The notes below the pieces were generated by a model. The model was given only the letters and a program-made list of their open reading frames with translations, was not told the DNA's origin and searched no databases. Position numbers and translations under genes: made by a program. From Acidaminococcus sp. (GTDB taxonomy: Bacteria; Bacillota; Negativicutes; Acidaminococcales; Acidaminococcaceae), in the NCBI RefSeq assembly GCF_050873445.1, contig NZ_JBNMIU010000004.1:2092-66091 (forward strand): a stretch of DNA of 64,000 nucleotides. Direction: 5' to 3'. Below, piece by piece: positions 26,919 to 36,858 of this stretch (within the stretch, counting starts at the first letter, position 1; the number at the start of each line of letters is the position of its first letter).

Positions 26919-27356
26919 ATGAGCAACAACAGTGTGTATGTAGGTAAAGTCATCGCTGTGAACAAACAGCGTGCCAAGGTAAAGATTGAACAGCGTCCCG
27001 GGGAACAACGTCCCAAGATGCTGGACTGCTGGAATGCCTGCGAAGCCAAGCGGGGGACCCGGGTCATCGTAGGGAAACAGACTCTGGATGAAAAGAAGGC
27101 CAAGATGATTATCTATGGAATCCCCGTGCTGACCGTTCTGGCTGGCCTGGCCTTCGGCAAGGCAATCGCCCATTTCTTTGCATCTGACAGCAGCATTGTG
27201 CTGTTGAGCAGCGTAATCGTATGGCTGGCACTGGGCCTGTACTATGCCCGGAATTTCAAGAAGAGTGTAAAGACGAAAGTGGAACAATGGACCATCACCG
27301 GTTATTTCAGTGACGGGGAAATCTACGATGCCAAGGGGAAAAAAGTGGAGGTTTGA
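26919..27356 (+). CDS. RseC/MucC-like small membrane protein (tentative)
   Basis: 145 aa with an N-terminal beta-rich segment containing CWNAC followed by two TM helices. The architecture resembles SoxR-reducing-system RseC proteins. Confidence 0.45.
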   Translation: MSNNSVYVGKVIAVNKQRAKVKIEQRPGEQRPKMLDCWNACEAKRGTRVIVGKQTLDEKKAKMIIYGIPVLTVLAGLAFGKAIAHFFASDSSIVLLSSVIVWLALGLYYARNFKKSVKTKVEQWTITGYFSDGEIYDAKGKKVEV

Positions 27357-27359
27357 TCC

Positions 27360-27623
27360 ATGCTGGGGAAAAACAACCTGACTCTGCTGCTGGTACTGGC
27401 AGCAGGTGCCATCATGGGTGGCCTGGCCGGTGACAGTCTCCAGGCTGCCCAGCCCTTCGGGACGGCCACAGACTTCCTGGTACGGAGATACCAGGTGCTG
27501 CAGATTCCGCCCACGGAGCTGGATCTGTATGTGTTCAAGCTGACCCTGGGACTGGTGTTTTCTCCCAATCTGGTGGCTATCCTAGGAATGCTTCTGGCAG
27601 GATTCCTGTTCCATAAACTGTAA
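27360..27623 (+). CDS. DUF4321-like small membrane protein
   Basis: 87 aa with two hydrophobic segments. It occupies the position directly upstream of maf that I recall as typical for this family in Firmicutes. Confidence 0.55.
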   Translation: MLGKNNLTLLLVLAAGAIMGGLAGDSLQAAQPFGTATDFLVRRYQVLQIPPTELDLYVFKLTLGLVFSPNLVAILGMLLAGFLFHKL

Positions 27624-27632
27624 GGAGGAACC

Positions 27633-28244
27633 ATGGATCTGATTTTGGCTTCCGGCTCTCCCCGCCGGCTGGAACTGCTCCGGCAGATCGGAGTGGAACC
27701 GAAGGTGGTGGTGAGCCACAGCGAAGAAGAAAAGAAGGCGGCATCTCCGGCAGAACTGGTGCAGGATAATGCTCTGACCAAGGGCCGGGATGTGGTTCGG
27801 ACAATGGGCGATACAGTGCCGGTGCTGGCTGCCGATACGGTGGTGGCGCTGGCTGGGCATGTTTTGGGAAAACCCGGTACTCCGGAAAAGGCCAGGTCCA
27901 TGCTGCGTCAGCTCAGCGGAAAGACCCATCAGGTGCTCACCGGCATGGCCCTGTATTATCAGGGTAAGGTATGGAAGCATGTGGAGATCACGGAAGTGAC
28001 CTTTGCGGACTTGACCGATCGGGAAATCGACCATTATGTAGCCACCGGTGAACCTCTGGATAAGGCAGGTGCCTATGGCATTCAGGGGCGGGCAGCCCTT
28101 TTCATCCCTTCCATCAGAGGGTCCTACAGCAATGTAGTGGGCCTTCCTCTGGCTCCTTTACGTACAATATTCGCAGAATTGGATGTGACAACCCATGACA
28201 CACTACCTGATACGAGAAATGATACCGGAGGAGCGGCCTCGTGA
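27633..28244 (+). CDS. maf: Maf-like nucleoside triphosphate pyrophosphatase
   Basis: MDLILASGSPRRLELLRQIG... and ...GAYGIQG...NVVGLPL motifs. Confidence 0.9.
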   Translation: MDLILASGSPRRLELLRQIGVEPKVVVSHSEEEKKAASPAELVQDNALTKGRDVVRTMGDTVPVLAADTVVALAGHVLGKPGTPEKARSMLRQLSGKTHQVLTGMALYYQGKVWKHVEITEVTFADLTDREIDHYVATGEPLDKAGAYGIQGRAALFIPSIRGSYSNVVGLPLAPLRTIFAELDVTTHDTLPDTRNDTGGAAS

Positions 28245-28881
28245 ACGGCTGCTGAGCCGGGGACCGGCAGCTCTGAGCATTACTGAGCTGCTGGCCATTT
28301 TGATTGGTACCGGCCGCAGGAACCATTCGGCCCTGGACATTGCCCGGGAACTGACTGGAGATTTGCTGAAGGATGCCCGTCTGGTACGGACCCAGGATCC
28401 CCGGGAACTGACCCGGATTTCGGGCATCGGACCGGCTAAAGCCACGGTGATTATGGCAGCCCTGGAACTGGGACGCCGGCTGGCGGGCGCCGAAGGGAAA
28501 CCCATGAAGGCCATCCACTGTCCGGAGGATGGGGCCATGCTGGTGATGCCTCAGTTGCGCTATAAGACCCATGAGCATTTCCTGGTGATCCTTTTGAACA
28601 GCAAGGGGAAGGTGATAGGCATCGAACCCATCTCGGAAGGCTCGCTGAACGCATCAGTAGTCCATCCCCGGGAAGCGTTTGCTCCGGCTCTGCTGCAGCA
28701 TGCGGCGGCCATCCTGGCGGTACATAACCATCCGTCCGGAGATCCCACACCCAGCCGGGAGGACCGGGAACTGACCCGGACCCTGTGGGATACGGGCAAG
28801 GTGATGGGCATTCCCCTGGTGGACCACCTGATCATCGGCGATGGGATTTATTACAGTTTTAAGGAACATGGTTTATTATAA
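28195..28881 (+). CDS. radC: RadC-family JAB-domain protein
   Basis: ...EERPRERLL..G...LS..ELLAILIGTG... N-terminus and the HNHPSGDPTPSREDRELT JAMM motif. Overlaps the maf 3' end by 50 nt. Confidence 0.9.
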   Translation: MTHYLIREMIPEERPRERLLSRGPAALSITELLAILIGTGRRNHSALDIARELTGDLLKDARLVRTQDPRELTRISGIGPAKATVIMAALELGRRLAGAEGKPMKAIHCPEDGAMLVMPQLRYKTHEHFLVILLNSKGKVIGIEPISEGSLNASVVHPREAFAPALLQHAAAILAVHNHPSGDPTPSREDRELTRTLWDTGKVMGIPLVDHLIIGDGIYYSFKEHGLL

Positions 28882-28901
28882 CAAAAGGGAGGGAAAACAG
28901 G

Positions 28902-29933
28902 ATGTTTGATCTTTTGGGGTCTTTCAGCACGGACCTGGGGGTGGATCTGGGGACGGATCATACCCGGATCCTGCTGAAGGAGGAAGGTATCGTCCTGGAT
29001 GAACCCTCTGTGGTGGCAGTAGAAGAGAGGCGGGGCAAGATCCTGGCCGTGGGGAAGGAAGCCCGGCAGATGCTGGGCCGGACGCCGGAAGGGATTCGGG
29101 TGGTACGTCCCCTGCAGGACGGGGTCATAGCTGACTTCGATCTGACGAAGGATATGCTGAAGGATTTCCTGCACCAGGCCCTGGGCAAACGTCCGCTGCT
29201 GCGGCCCCGGCTTGTCCTGAGTGTGCCCTGCGGGGTGAACAGCGTGGAGCGGAGGGCTGTGCTGGATGCGGCAATGGAGGCAGGGGCCGGGGAGGCCTAT
29301 CTGTTGGAGGGCCCTCTGGCAGCGGCACTTGGCGCTGGACTGGATGTGAAAGAAGCCAGAGGACGGCTGATTGTGGAACTGGGAGCCGGCTGCACGGAAG
29401 CGGCGGTTTTGACCCAGGGCAAAATCACCTTGTCTCGGACTCTGCGCTGCGGCGGCCGGGATCTGGATCAGGCTCTTGTCCAGTACTGCAAGAAAAAGTA
29501 TAATCTTCTTATCGGGCTGCTCCAGGCGGAGCAGGCCAAGATTGAAATCGGTACGATGCGGGAGACGGCGCCGCCGGCCTATATGGATATCAGGGGCCGG
29601 GATCTGATAACTGGACTGCCCCGCAGTGTGACGGTGGATCAGAACCAGCTTCGGGAAGCATTCTGGGAACCGGCCCATCGGATGGTGGAGTGTGTCCGGG
29701 GATTGCTGGAAACCCTGCCGGACCTTCTGGCACGGGATGTAATCGAAGAGGGTATCGTACTCACTGGCGGGAGTGCTCTGCTGCGGAATTTCGACTGGCT
29801 CCTGGCCCGGGAAACGGGTCTGCGGGTCCGGGTGGCAGAAAACACCCTGTCCTGTGTGGTGAAGGGAACGGGCGTAGCCGCCGATAATATGAATTTGTTC
29901 CGGGAAGGGCCTCGGCCCCGGCGGAATGGCTAA
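28902..29933 (+). CDS. mreB: Rod shape-determining protein MreB
   Basis: 343 aa actin-like ATPase (DLGVDLGTDHT..., ...LTGGSALLRN...). Confidence 0.95.
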   Translation: MFDLLGSFSTDLGVDLGTDHTRILLKEEGIVLDEPSVVAVEERRGKILAVGKEARQMLGRTPEGIRVVRPLQDGVIADFDLTKDMLKDFLHQALGKRPLLRPRLVLSVPCGVNSVERRAVLDAAMEAGAGEAYLLEGPLAAALGAGLDVKEARGRLIVELGAGCTEAAVLTQGKITLSRTLRCGGRDLDQALVQYCKKKYNLLIGLLQAEQAKIEIGTMRETAPPAYMDIRGRDLITGLPRSVTVDQNQLREAFWEPAHRMVECVRGLLETLPDLLARDVIEEGIVLTGGSALLRNFDWLLARETGLRVRVAENTLSCVVKGTGVAADNMNLFREGPRPRRNG

Positions 29934-29951
29934 CGGAGAGATAGAAAAAAT

Positions 29952-30839
29952 ATGAGAAAGGAACAGAAAGCAAGACTGGGAGCACTCCTGGTAGTGCTCC
30001 TCCTGATCGGGGGCGTGCTGTGGGATGCTTTCCACCGGTTTCCGGCCGTGAATACGGTGTTGTCCACTCTGACACGGCCCATCAGCTTTGTGGTGGGCGG
30101 CGTTGGCGGCGGTTTCAAGGGGACGGGGAATTATTTTGCTTCCAAGTCGGCTCTGGAAAAAGAAAATGCGGCCCTGAAGGCGGAAAACGAAGAGCTGCGC
30201 CAGAGCAATGTGGAACTGATCGGGATGAAAGCGGAGAACCAGCGGCTGGCCAAGCTGCTGAAGTTCAGTGAACTCCATCCCCAGTGGAAGATGGTATCCA
30301 CCAGAGTCATCAGCCGGGACCTGGGAGACTTCAGGGATGTGATCCTGATTGACAAAGGCAGGGCTGATGGTCTGGAAGTGAACATGCCCGTGGTAAGTTC
30401 CTCCGGGCTGATCGGCATTGTGGACGGGGTGTATCCCCACATGGCCAAGGTCCTGCTGATTTCCAGTCCCCGCAGCCGCATCGGCGGTCTGAACCTGCGG
30501 GGTGATTCCCGTGCTCCCGGCATCGTGAACGGTGTGGCCGGTCCGGACCAGCTGCTGGAAATGCGCAACCTGAGCCGGAATGCGGATATCCTGCCCGGGG
30601 ATACTATTGTGACCAGCGGTTACAGCGGTTACCATCCGGAAGGTCTGGTCATCGGCACTGTGGAGGATATCCAGATGGATGCCGGCGGGCTGACCAAGAC
30701 GGCATCCATTGCTCCCTCTGTGGATTACGGGCATCTGGAGGAAGCCAGGGTCATCACCAATTATCAAGGCTTTGCGGACTTCCTGCGCCGGGAGGGCCAG
30801 GATCCGGACGCCCAGTCGGGTAAAGGAGGTAAAGGATGA
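29952..30839 (+). CDS. mreC: Rod shape-determining protein MreC
   Basis: N-terminal TM helix, then coiled coil (ENAALKAENEELRQSN), then beta-domains. Positioned after mreB. Confidence 0.9.
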   Translation: MRKEQKARLGALLVVLLLIGGVLWDAFHRFPAVNTVLSTLTRPISFVVGGVGGGFKGTGNYFASKSALEKENAALKAENEELRQSNVELIGMKAENQRLAKLLKFSELHPQWKMVSTRVISRDLGDFRDVILIDKGRADGLEVNMPVVSSSGLIGIVDGVYPHMAKVLLISSPRSRIGGLNLRGDSRAPGIVNGVAGPDQLLEMRNLSRNADILPGDTIVTSGYSGYHPEGLVIGTVEDIQMDAGGLTKTASIAPSVDYGHLEEARVITNYQGFADFLRREGQDPDAQSGKGGKG

Positions 30840-31348
30840 TCCTTCTTGCACTGGCCTGGCTGTTTTTTACCCTGTTCCTTTTCACTCTGGAAAATCATTG
30901 GTTCTTATTTTTCAACACCACCCAGTCTCCTGACCTGCTGCTGTTGTTCCTCCTGCTCTATGCCATGGACCAGGGGGAGCGCAGAGGGGCATGGTACGGA
31001 CTGGGTATTGGTGCTTTATTGGACATTGTCACGTTCAGCTATTTTGGCTGGCATATGGTGACCCGGGCTGCCCTGGGTTATCTGGTGGGACGCAACCGGA
31101 TGAACATGTTCGCTGACCGGCTGCCTACCTATCTGATCCTTACCGGGCTGGTGACTCTGCTGCTGCAGGTAGCCCGGGGACTGTTCCTGTGCGTGGTGCT
31201 GGGACGCTGGCTGCCTCTGCTGCCCTTTGTGTTCCTGACCCTGAAAAGCCTGGGCTGGAACCTGGTGGCGGCTCCGGTGATGTGGTTTTTATACCATAAA
31301 CTGAAGAAACGGGTCCGCAGCCGCATGGATTATTATTATCATCTGTAG
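30836..31348 (+). CDS. mreD: Rod shape-determining protein MreD
   Basis: 170 aa polytopic membrane protein. ATGA overlap with mreC. Confidence 0.8.
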   Translation: MILLALAWLFFTLFLFTLENHWFLFFNTTQSPDLLLLFLLLYAMDQGERRGAWYGLGIGALLDIVTFSYFGWHMVTRAALGYLVGRNRMNMFADRLPTYLILTGLVTLLLQVARGLFLCVVLGRWLPLLPFVFLTLKSLGWNLVAAPVMWFLYHKLKKRVRSRMDYYYHL

Positions 31349-31357
31349 GAGTCTGCT

Positions 31358-33151
31358 GTGCTGAATAAGAAATATGCATACCGTCTGGAATTCATGATGG
31401 TGGCCGGGTTCCTGGTCATCCTGATCCTGATCGGACGGATGTTCTATCTGCAAATCATCAAAGGGAACTACTACCGCCGTCAGGCAGAAGGGAACCGGAC
31501 CCGTTATACCCGGATTCTGGCACCCCGGGGCATCATCTATGACTGCAACGGGGAGGAACTGGCCAATAACAAGCCCGGCGTCATGGTATCCCTGGTGCGT
31601 CAGACCGGGGCTTATAAGGAAGAAACCCTGGAACGGCTGAGCCAGCTGCTGAACATCCCGGTGGAGGACATCAAGGAAACCATCCGGCTGTCCGGGGGCA
31701 GTTCGGAGCCTATCCGTCTGGTACGCAATGCATCGCCGGAAGTGGTGGACAAGGTAGAGGAGAATCTGCGGTATCTGCCCGGTGTCATGCTGGAAGTACA
31801 GCCGGTGCGGAACTATCCCAATAAACAGCTGGCTGTCCATGCCTTGGGTTATGTGGGTGAAATCAGTGACTATGAAATTTCCCAGGGCGCTTACAGTGAC
31901 CTGAAGGCTGGGGATATCATCGGCAAATTCGGCCTGGAGAACTATTATGATTCCTATCTGCGGGGCGAAGACGGCAGTTACAGGGAAGAAGTGGATGTCG
32001 CCGGCCGGGTGGTCCAGATCATGGATAAAGTGGAACCGAAACCGGGACAGGGCCTGGTGCTGACAATCGATGCCAAGCTGCAGCGGGTGGCGGAAGAAGC
32101 CATGGACCGGCAGCTGCGGGCCATTGGGGCACGAGGGGCTGCGGTGGTAGCTATCGACCCCAACAATGGGGAAGTAAAGGCTCTGGTTTCTCGGCCCGGG
32201 TTCGACCCCAACTGGTTCGTAAACGGGATCAGCGAGAAAAACTGGAAATACCTGAACACAGATCCTTTCCATCCCATGACGGATAAGGCCATCGGCGGGG
32301 AATATCCTCCCGGATCCACCTTCAAGATTGTTACCGGTTCCGCAGCTCTGGAAGAAAAGAAAGTGACTCCGGATGAACTGATCTATGACTCCGGCCGGCA
32401 TTGGCTGATCGATATGCGGAATGCCGGCGGTGAAGCGCTGGGGTACATCAATTTCAAACGGGCTCTGGCGGCTTCTGATAACGTGTACTTCTACGAAATG
32501 GGCAACCGGGTAGGTATCGGAGCCCTGGATAAATATGCCAGGGAGTTCGGCTTTGGCCAGACTACCGGCATCGACCTTCACGGAGAGGCCCAGGGACTGA
32601 TTGCTTCACCGGAATATAAGAAAAAGGTCTTCGATGATGAATGGTATCTGGGGGATACGTTCAACACGGCTATCGGTCAGGGCTTTACCCTGGCTACCCC
32701 CATCCAGGTGGCGGAGATGCTCAGTGCGGTGGCCACCGACGGCAAACGATACAAACCTCATCTGGTCAGCAAGATCCTGAATGATGACGGCAGTGTGGCC
32801 AAAACTTTCGAGCCGGAAGAAGAAGGGCGGCTGCCCATTTCTGAATCCACTCTGAAGCTGATCCAGGAAGGTCTGGAAGCCGTTACGGAAAGCGGTGGTA
32901 CTGCTTCGTTCCTGAAGAGCCTGCCGGTACCCGTAGCCGGCAAGACCGGTACGGCCGAAAACCCCCATGGTCTGGAACATGGCTGGTTCATCGCCTATGC
33001 ACCGACTACCAAGCCTCAGCTGGTAGTGGTCTGCATTGTGGAACAGGGCAGTTTCGGGACTATTTCTGCAGCCCCTATCGTTAAGAGCATCCTGGAATAC
33101 GTATTCACAGATCCCCGGGTGCGGCGGCAGGGGAAGGCCATGCCCAAGTAA
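31358..33151 (+). CDS. mrdA: Penicillin-binding protein 2 (elongasome transpeptidase)
   Basis: STFK, SDN and KTGTA motifs are present. GTG start with TAGGAG upstream. Confidence 0.9.
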   Translation: MLNKKYAYRLEFMMVAGFLVILILIGRMFYLQIIKGNYYRRQAEGNRTRYTRILAPRGIIYDCNGEELANNKPGVMVSLVRQTGAYKEETLERLSQLLNIPVEDIKETIRLSGGSSEPIRLVRNASPEVVDKVEENLRYLPGVMLEVQPVRNYPNKQLAVHALGYVGEISDYEISQGAYSDLKAGDIIGKFGLENYYDSYLRGEDGSYREEVDVAGRVVQIMDKVEPKPGQGLVLTIDAKLQRVAEEAMDRQLRAIGARGAAVVAIDPNNGEVKALVSRPGFDPNWFVNGISEKNWKYLNTDPFHPMTDKAIGGEYPPGSTFKIVTGSAALEEKKVTPDELIYDSGRHWLIDMRNAGGEALGYINFKRALAASDNVYFYEMGNRVGIGALDKYAREFGFGQTTGIDLHGEAQGLIASPEYKKKVFDDEWYLGDTFNTAIGQGFTLATPIQVAEMLSAVATDGKRYKPHLVSKILNDDGSVAKTFEPEEEGRLPISESTLKLIQEGLEAVTESGGTASFLKSLPVPVAGKTGTAENPHGLEHGWFIAYAPTTKPQLVVVCIVEQGSFGTISAAPIVKSILEYVFTDPRVRRQGKAMPK

Positions 33152-33160
33152 GGAGATACC

Positions 33161-34288
33161 ATGCGTCTGCATTTTCAATTTTCGTTGAAAAAATATTTTA
33201 GGAATATTGATAAGCCTCTGCTGATCAGCGTCCTGCTTCTGATCACCATCGGCATCCTGCTCATCGGCAGTGCTACCCATGCCAACATCCCGGGACCCAA
33301 ACGCTACAGCTTCGTACTGCGCCAGCTGAGTTTTGCGGCTATTAACCTGGTACTGGGAGCGTTCCTCATGCGTTTCGATTACCGGGTGCTGAAAAGCCTG
33401 GCCCGGCCGCTTTACATCTTCAACATTCTGATGCTGCTGGCCGTTATGCTGGTGGGGAAGAGCGCCCTGGGTGCCCAGCGGTGGCTGCAGCTGGGCCCTA
33501 TCAGCATCCAGCCCAGCGAATTTGCCAAGGCAATCATGATTATCAGCCTGTCCTCCTTTGTGGATGACCGGCTGCCTCTTCTGACAGATTTCCGCAGCTG
33601 GCTGCCGGTATTCGGTTATGTGCTGATTCCGTTCCTGTTTGTTATGAAGCAGCCTGATCTGGGCACTTCTCTGGTGTTTCTGGCCATTTTGCTGGGCCTT
33701 ATCATCTGCTGTGGTTTCCGCATCCGGTACTTTCTGATCATGGGAGGGCTGGGGCTGGCTTCGGCACCGCTGGTGTGGAGATTTCTCCACGAATACCAGC
33801 GGAACCGGATCCGGGTGTTCCTGAACCCGGGTCTGGAACCCTATGGCAGCGGCTATCACGTGATCCAGTCCATGATTGCCATCGGGTCCGGTCTGTTCAC
33901 AGGCAAGGGCCTGTTTGCCGGAACCCAGAGCCAGTTGAACTTTCTGCCGGAGAACCACACGGATTTCATCTTTGCTGTGGCCGGAGAGGAATTCGGTTTC
34001 ATCGGTACCACGATTATCCTGCTGTTATATGGCATCGTGATTTACAGAGGTCTGTCCATTGCCATCCATGCGGCGGACGATTTTGGTACCCTGCTTTCTG
34101 TGGGCATCGTTTCCATGTTCCTGTTCCATATCCTGGTCAATGTGGGGATGACCAGCGGCATCATGCCGGTCACCGGTGTGCCGCTGCCCTTCATGAGCTA
34201 TGGGGTCAGCTCTCTGACTACCAATATGCTCATGGTGGCCCTGCTGCTGAACATCAACGCCCACCATCAGACTTTGCGTTTTCATTAA
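33161..34288 (+). CDS. rodA: Rod shape-determining protein RodA (FtsW/RodA/SpoVE family)
   Basis: 375 aa SEDS-family membrane protein. Positioned after mrdA. Confidence 0.9.
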   Translation: MRLHFQFSLKKYFRNIDKPLLISVLLLITIGILLIGSATHANIPGPKRYSFVLRQLSFAAINLVLGAFLMRFDYRVLKSLARPLYIFNILMLLAVMLVGKSALGAQRWLQLGPISIQPSEFAKAIMIISLSSFVDDRLPLLTDFRSWLPVFGYVLIPFLFVMKQPDLGTSLVFLAILLGLIICCGFRIRYFLIMGGLGLASAPLVWRFLHEYQRNRIRVFLNPGLEPYGSGYHVIQSMIAIGSGLFTGKGLFAGTQSQLNFLPENHTDFIFAVAGEEFGFIGTTIILLLYGIVIYRGLSIAIHAADDFGTLLSVGIVSMFLFHILVNVGMTSGIMPVTGVPLPFMSYGVSSLTTNMLMVALLLNINAHHQTLRFH

Positions 34289-34297
34289 GGAGAGATT

Positions 34298-36160
34298 ATG
34301 CATAAAGATTTTCCCATTGACATCCTCAGTGCTGTGGAGAAACCGGCACGGTATACAGGCATGGAATTCGGCAGCATTGTAAAGCCGGAAACGGAGACGG
34401 AAGTTTCTTTCTGTCTGGCTTTTCCCGATACTTACGAAATCGGGATGAGTTACCTGGGCTATAAGATTTTGTACGAAATCCTGAACAAATTGCCAAAAGT
34501 GGCAGCGGAACGGGCCTTTGCTCCTTGGGTGGACATGGAGGAGAAGATGCGTGAGCGGAAACTGCCGCTGACCAGTCTGGAAAATTCCCGGAAACTGGAT
34601 GACTTCGATTTGCTGGGCTTCACGCTGCTGTACGAAATGTCCTATTCCAATATCCTGAATATGATGGACCTGGGTGGTGTGCCCGTCCTGGCCAAAGACC
34701 GGACGCTGGACGATCCTTTCGTATGCGCTGGAGGCTGCTGTGTCTTCAACAGTGAACCCCTGACAGATTTCCTGGATTTCTGCATGCTGGGCGATGGGGA
34801 ACGGATCATCCAGGAAGTGACCCTGCTGTACCGGGACTGGAAACGGGAAGGCAAACCCGGCGGCCGGCTGGAATTTTTGCGTCGGGTGTCGAAGATTCAG
34901 GGAGTATACGTACCCTGTTTCTATGAAGTGACCTATGGATCGGACGGTACCATTACCGGCAAGAAATCTTTGGAGCCCACAGCGCCTGCGGTGGTGTACA
35001 AGCGGGCGGAACCGGATCTGGAAACGCTGGATTTTCCCACTCATCCCATTGTGCCCTATAGTGATACGGTCCACGACCGGATCATGCTGGAACTGTTCCG
35101 GGGCTGCAGCCGGGGCTGCCGGTTCTGCAATGCTGGTATCATCTACCGGCCGGTGCGGGAACGGAAACCCCAGACGGCGATGGAGCTGGCACGGAAGCTG
35201 GTTCCGGCTACCGGTTATAACGAAATATCTCTGTTTTCGTTGAGCACAGCGGATTATTCCCATCTGGAGCCGCTGATTTTGAATCTTCTGAAGGAATTCG
35301 GCGATAAAAAGGTCAGTGTTTCCCTGCCTTCCCTGCGGATTGACAGCTTCTCGGTGAAGCTGGCCCAGGAAGTGCAGCAGGTGCGGAAGAGCGGCCTGAC
35401 CTTTGCCCCAGAAGCAGGCAGCCAGCGCATGCGGGATGTAATCAATAAGGGCGTGACGGAAGAGAACCTGATGAATGCAGCGGGCGCCGCGTTCGAGAAC
35501 GGCTGGACCAAGGTGAAGCTGTACTTCATGATTGGTCTGCCTACGGAAACTGACGAGGATGTGCTGGCCATTGCCAAACTGGCCCAGAAGGTCCAGTGGA
35601 AATACAAACAGGTCACCGGTCATATGGGGGCCCAGGTCACTGTCAGTGTGTCCAATTTCGTACCAAAACCCTATACGCCATTTCAGTGGGTGGGGCAGAA
35701 TACCAAAGAAGAGTTCGACCGGAAGCATATGCTGCTGAAGCATGCCTTTGCCAGCCTGAAGAACATCCATTACCAGTACCATGATTCCCGTACCAGCCTG
35801 ATGGAAGGAGTGCTGGCCCGGGGCGACCGGCGGCTGGGCAAGGCCATTTACCTGGCCTGGAAGCGGGGTGCCAAGTTCGACAGCTGGGGCGAATTTTTCG
35901 ATTATGACCGGTGGAAGCAGGCCATCGAAGACTGCGGACTGACCACTGATTTTTATAACAGCCGGCCACGGGGCAAAGAAGAAATCTTTCCCTGGGAGCA
36001 TACCAGCTGCGGGGTGAGCAGGAGGTTCCTGTGGAGCGAATACGAAAAAGCCCAGCAGGCAGCCCTGACCCATGACTGTCGGCGGAGTACGTGTACGGGC
36101 TGCGGCGTGTGCCAGCAATTGGGCATCAAGATCATTGACTGGAAGGGGAAGAACGTATGA
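34298..36160 (+). CDS. Radical SAM protein of uncharacterised function (TIGR03960-like, B12-binding-like N-domain)
   Basis: CSRGCRFC (CxxxCxxC) motif in a 620 aa protein. Classic pairing with the following DUF2344-type gene. Confidence 0.8.
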   Translation: MHKDFPIDILSAVEKPARYTGMEFGSIVKPETETEVSFCLAFPDTYEIGMSYLGYKILYEILNKLPKVAAERAFAPWVDMEEKMRERKLPLTSLENSRKLDDFDLLGFTLLYEMSYSNILNMMDLGGVPVLAKDRTLDDPFVCAGGCCVFNSEPLTDFLDFCMLGDGERIIQEVTLLYRDWKREGKPGGRLEFLRRVSKIQGVYVPCFYEVTYGSDGTITGKKSLEPTAPAVVYKRAEPDLETLDFPTHPIVPYSDTVHDRIMLELFRGCSRGCRFCNAGIIYRPVRERKPQTAMELARKLVPATGYNEISLFSLSTADYSHLEPLILNLLKEFGDKKVSVSLPSLRIDSFSVKLAQEVQQVRKSGLTFAPEAGSQRMRDVINKGVTEENLMNAAGAAFENGWTKVKLYFMIGLPTETDEDVLAIAKLAQKVQWKYKQVTGHMGAQVTVSVSNFVPKPYTPFQWVGQNTKEEFDRKHMLLKHAFASLKNIHYQYHDSRTSLMEGVLARGDRRLGKAIYLAWKRGAKFDSWGEFFDYDRWKQAIEDCGLTTDFYNSRPRGKEEIFPWEHTSCGVSRRFLWSEYEKAQQAALTHDCRRSTCTGCGVCQQLGIKIIDWKGKNV

Positions 36161-36849
36161 AATTGAGGCTGCAGATCACCAAGGAACCGGGCATCCGGTT
36201 CATTTCCCATCTGGAATACCAGCGGAGCATCGAAAAAGCCCTGCGCCGGGCCGGGACCCCCGTGGCCTATTCGGAGGGGTTCAATCCCCATATGCGGTTT
36301 TCCCTGGCTTCCGCCCTCAGTGTGGGTGTGACCAGTTCCTGCGAATTCGTGGAAATCAAGCTTCAGGAGGAGCATCCTCTGGAGGAACTGGTGGAACCAA
36401 TCCGCCGTGCCCTGCCCATGGGAATCCATATTGTGAAGGCCGACCTGGCTGATGACAAAGCACCCAAACTGATGGCTGTAGCCCAGGGAGCCCGTTACGA
36501 AGTATCCGTCCCCTGTAGCGAAGATCCGGCAACCGGGCTGGCGGCTTTTGCTGCAGCGGAAACGGTGTCCTATACAAAGACCCATAAAAAGGGCAAGGGC
36601 AAACCCAAGACCATCGATGTGAAGGAATTCATCCCCAGTACGGAGAGTGAATGGAAGGGCGGGGAACTGAAACTGGCTTTCGACTGTAAGATTACCCCCA
36701 CCGGGAGCATGAAGGCTTCCGAATTCCTCCAGGTACTCCTGGACCAGTTCCAGGTGCCACTGTCCTTTGAACAGGCAGATATCCGCCGGGTGGATCTGTA
36801 CACCCGGGATGAGGCCGGCAATAAGAAACCCCTGATCGGGGAAGAATGA
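36157..36849 (+). CDS. Radical-SAM-linked protein (DUF2344 / TIGR03936-like)
   Basis: 230 aa (MKLRLQITKEPGIRFISHLE...). ATGA overlap with the radical SAM gene. Confidence 0.7.
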   Translation: MKLRLQITKEPGIRFISHLEYQRSIEKALRRAGTPVAYSEGFNPHMRFSLASALSVGVTSSCEFVEIKLQEEHPLEELVEPIRRALPMGIHIVKADLADDKAPKLMAVAQGARYEVSVPCSEDPATGLAAFAAAETVSYTKTHKKGKGKPKTIDVKEFIPSTESEWKGGELKLAFDCKITPTGSMKASEFLQVLLDQFQVPLSFEQADIRRVDLYTRDEAGNKKPLIGEE

Positions 36850-36858
36850 GGAGGCGCC

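Noticed and set aside
28195-28244. 50-nt overlap between maf and radC, which could point to a frameshift or pseudogene.
   Set aside because: Both proteins are full length with intact motifs. The overlap is explained by a non-conserved C-terminal tail on Maf and/or use of the downstream radC ATG at 28222.
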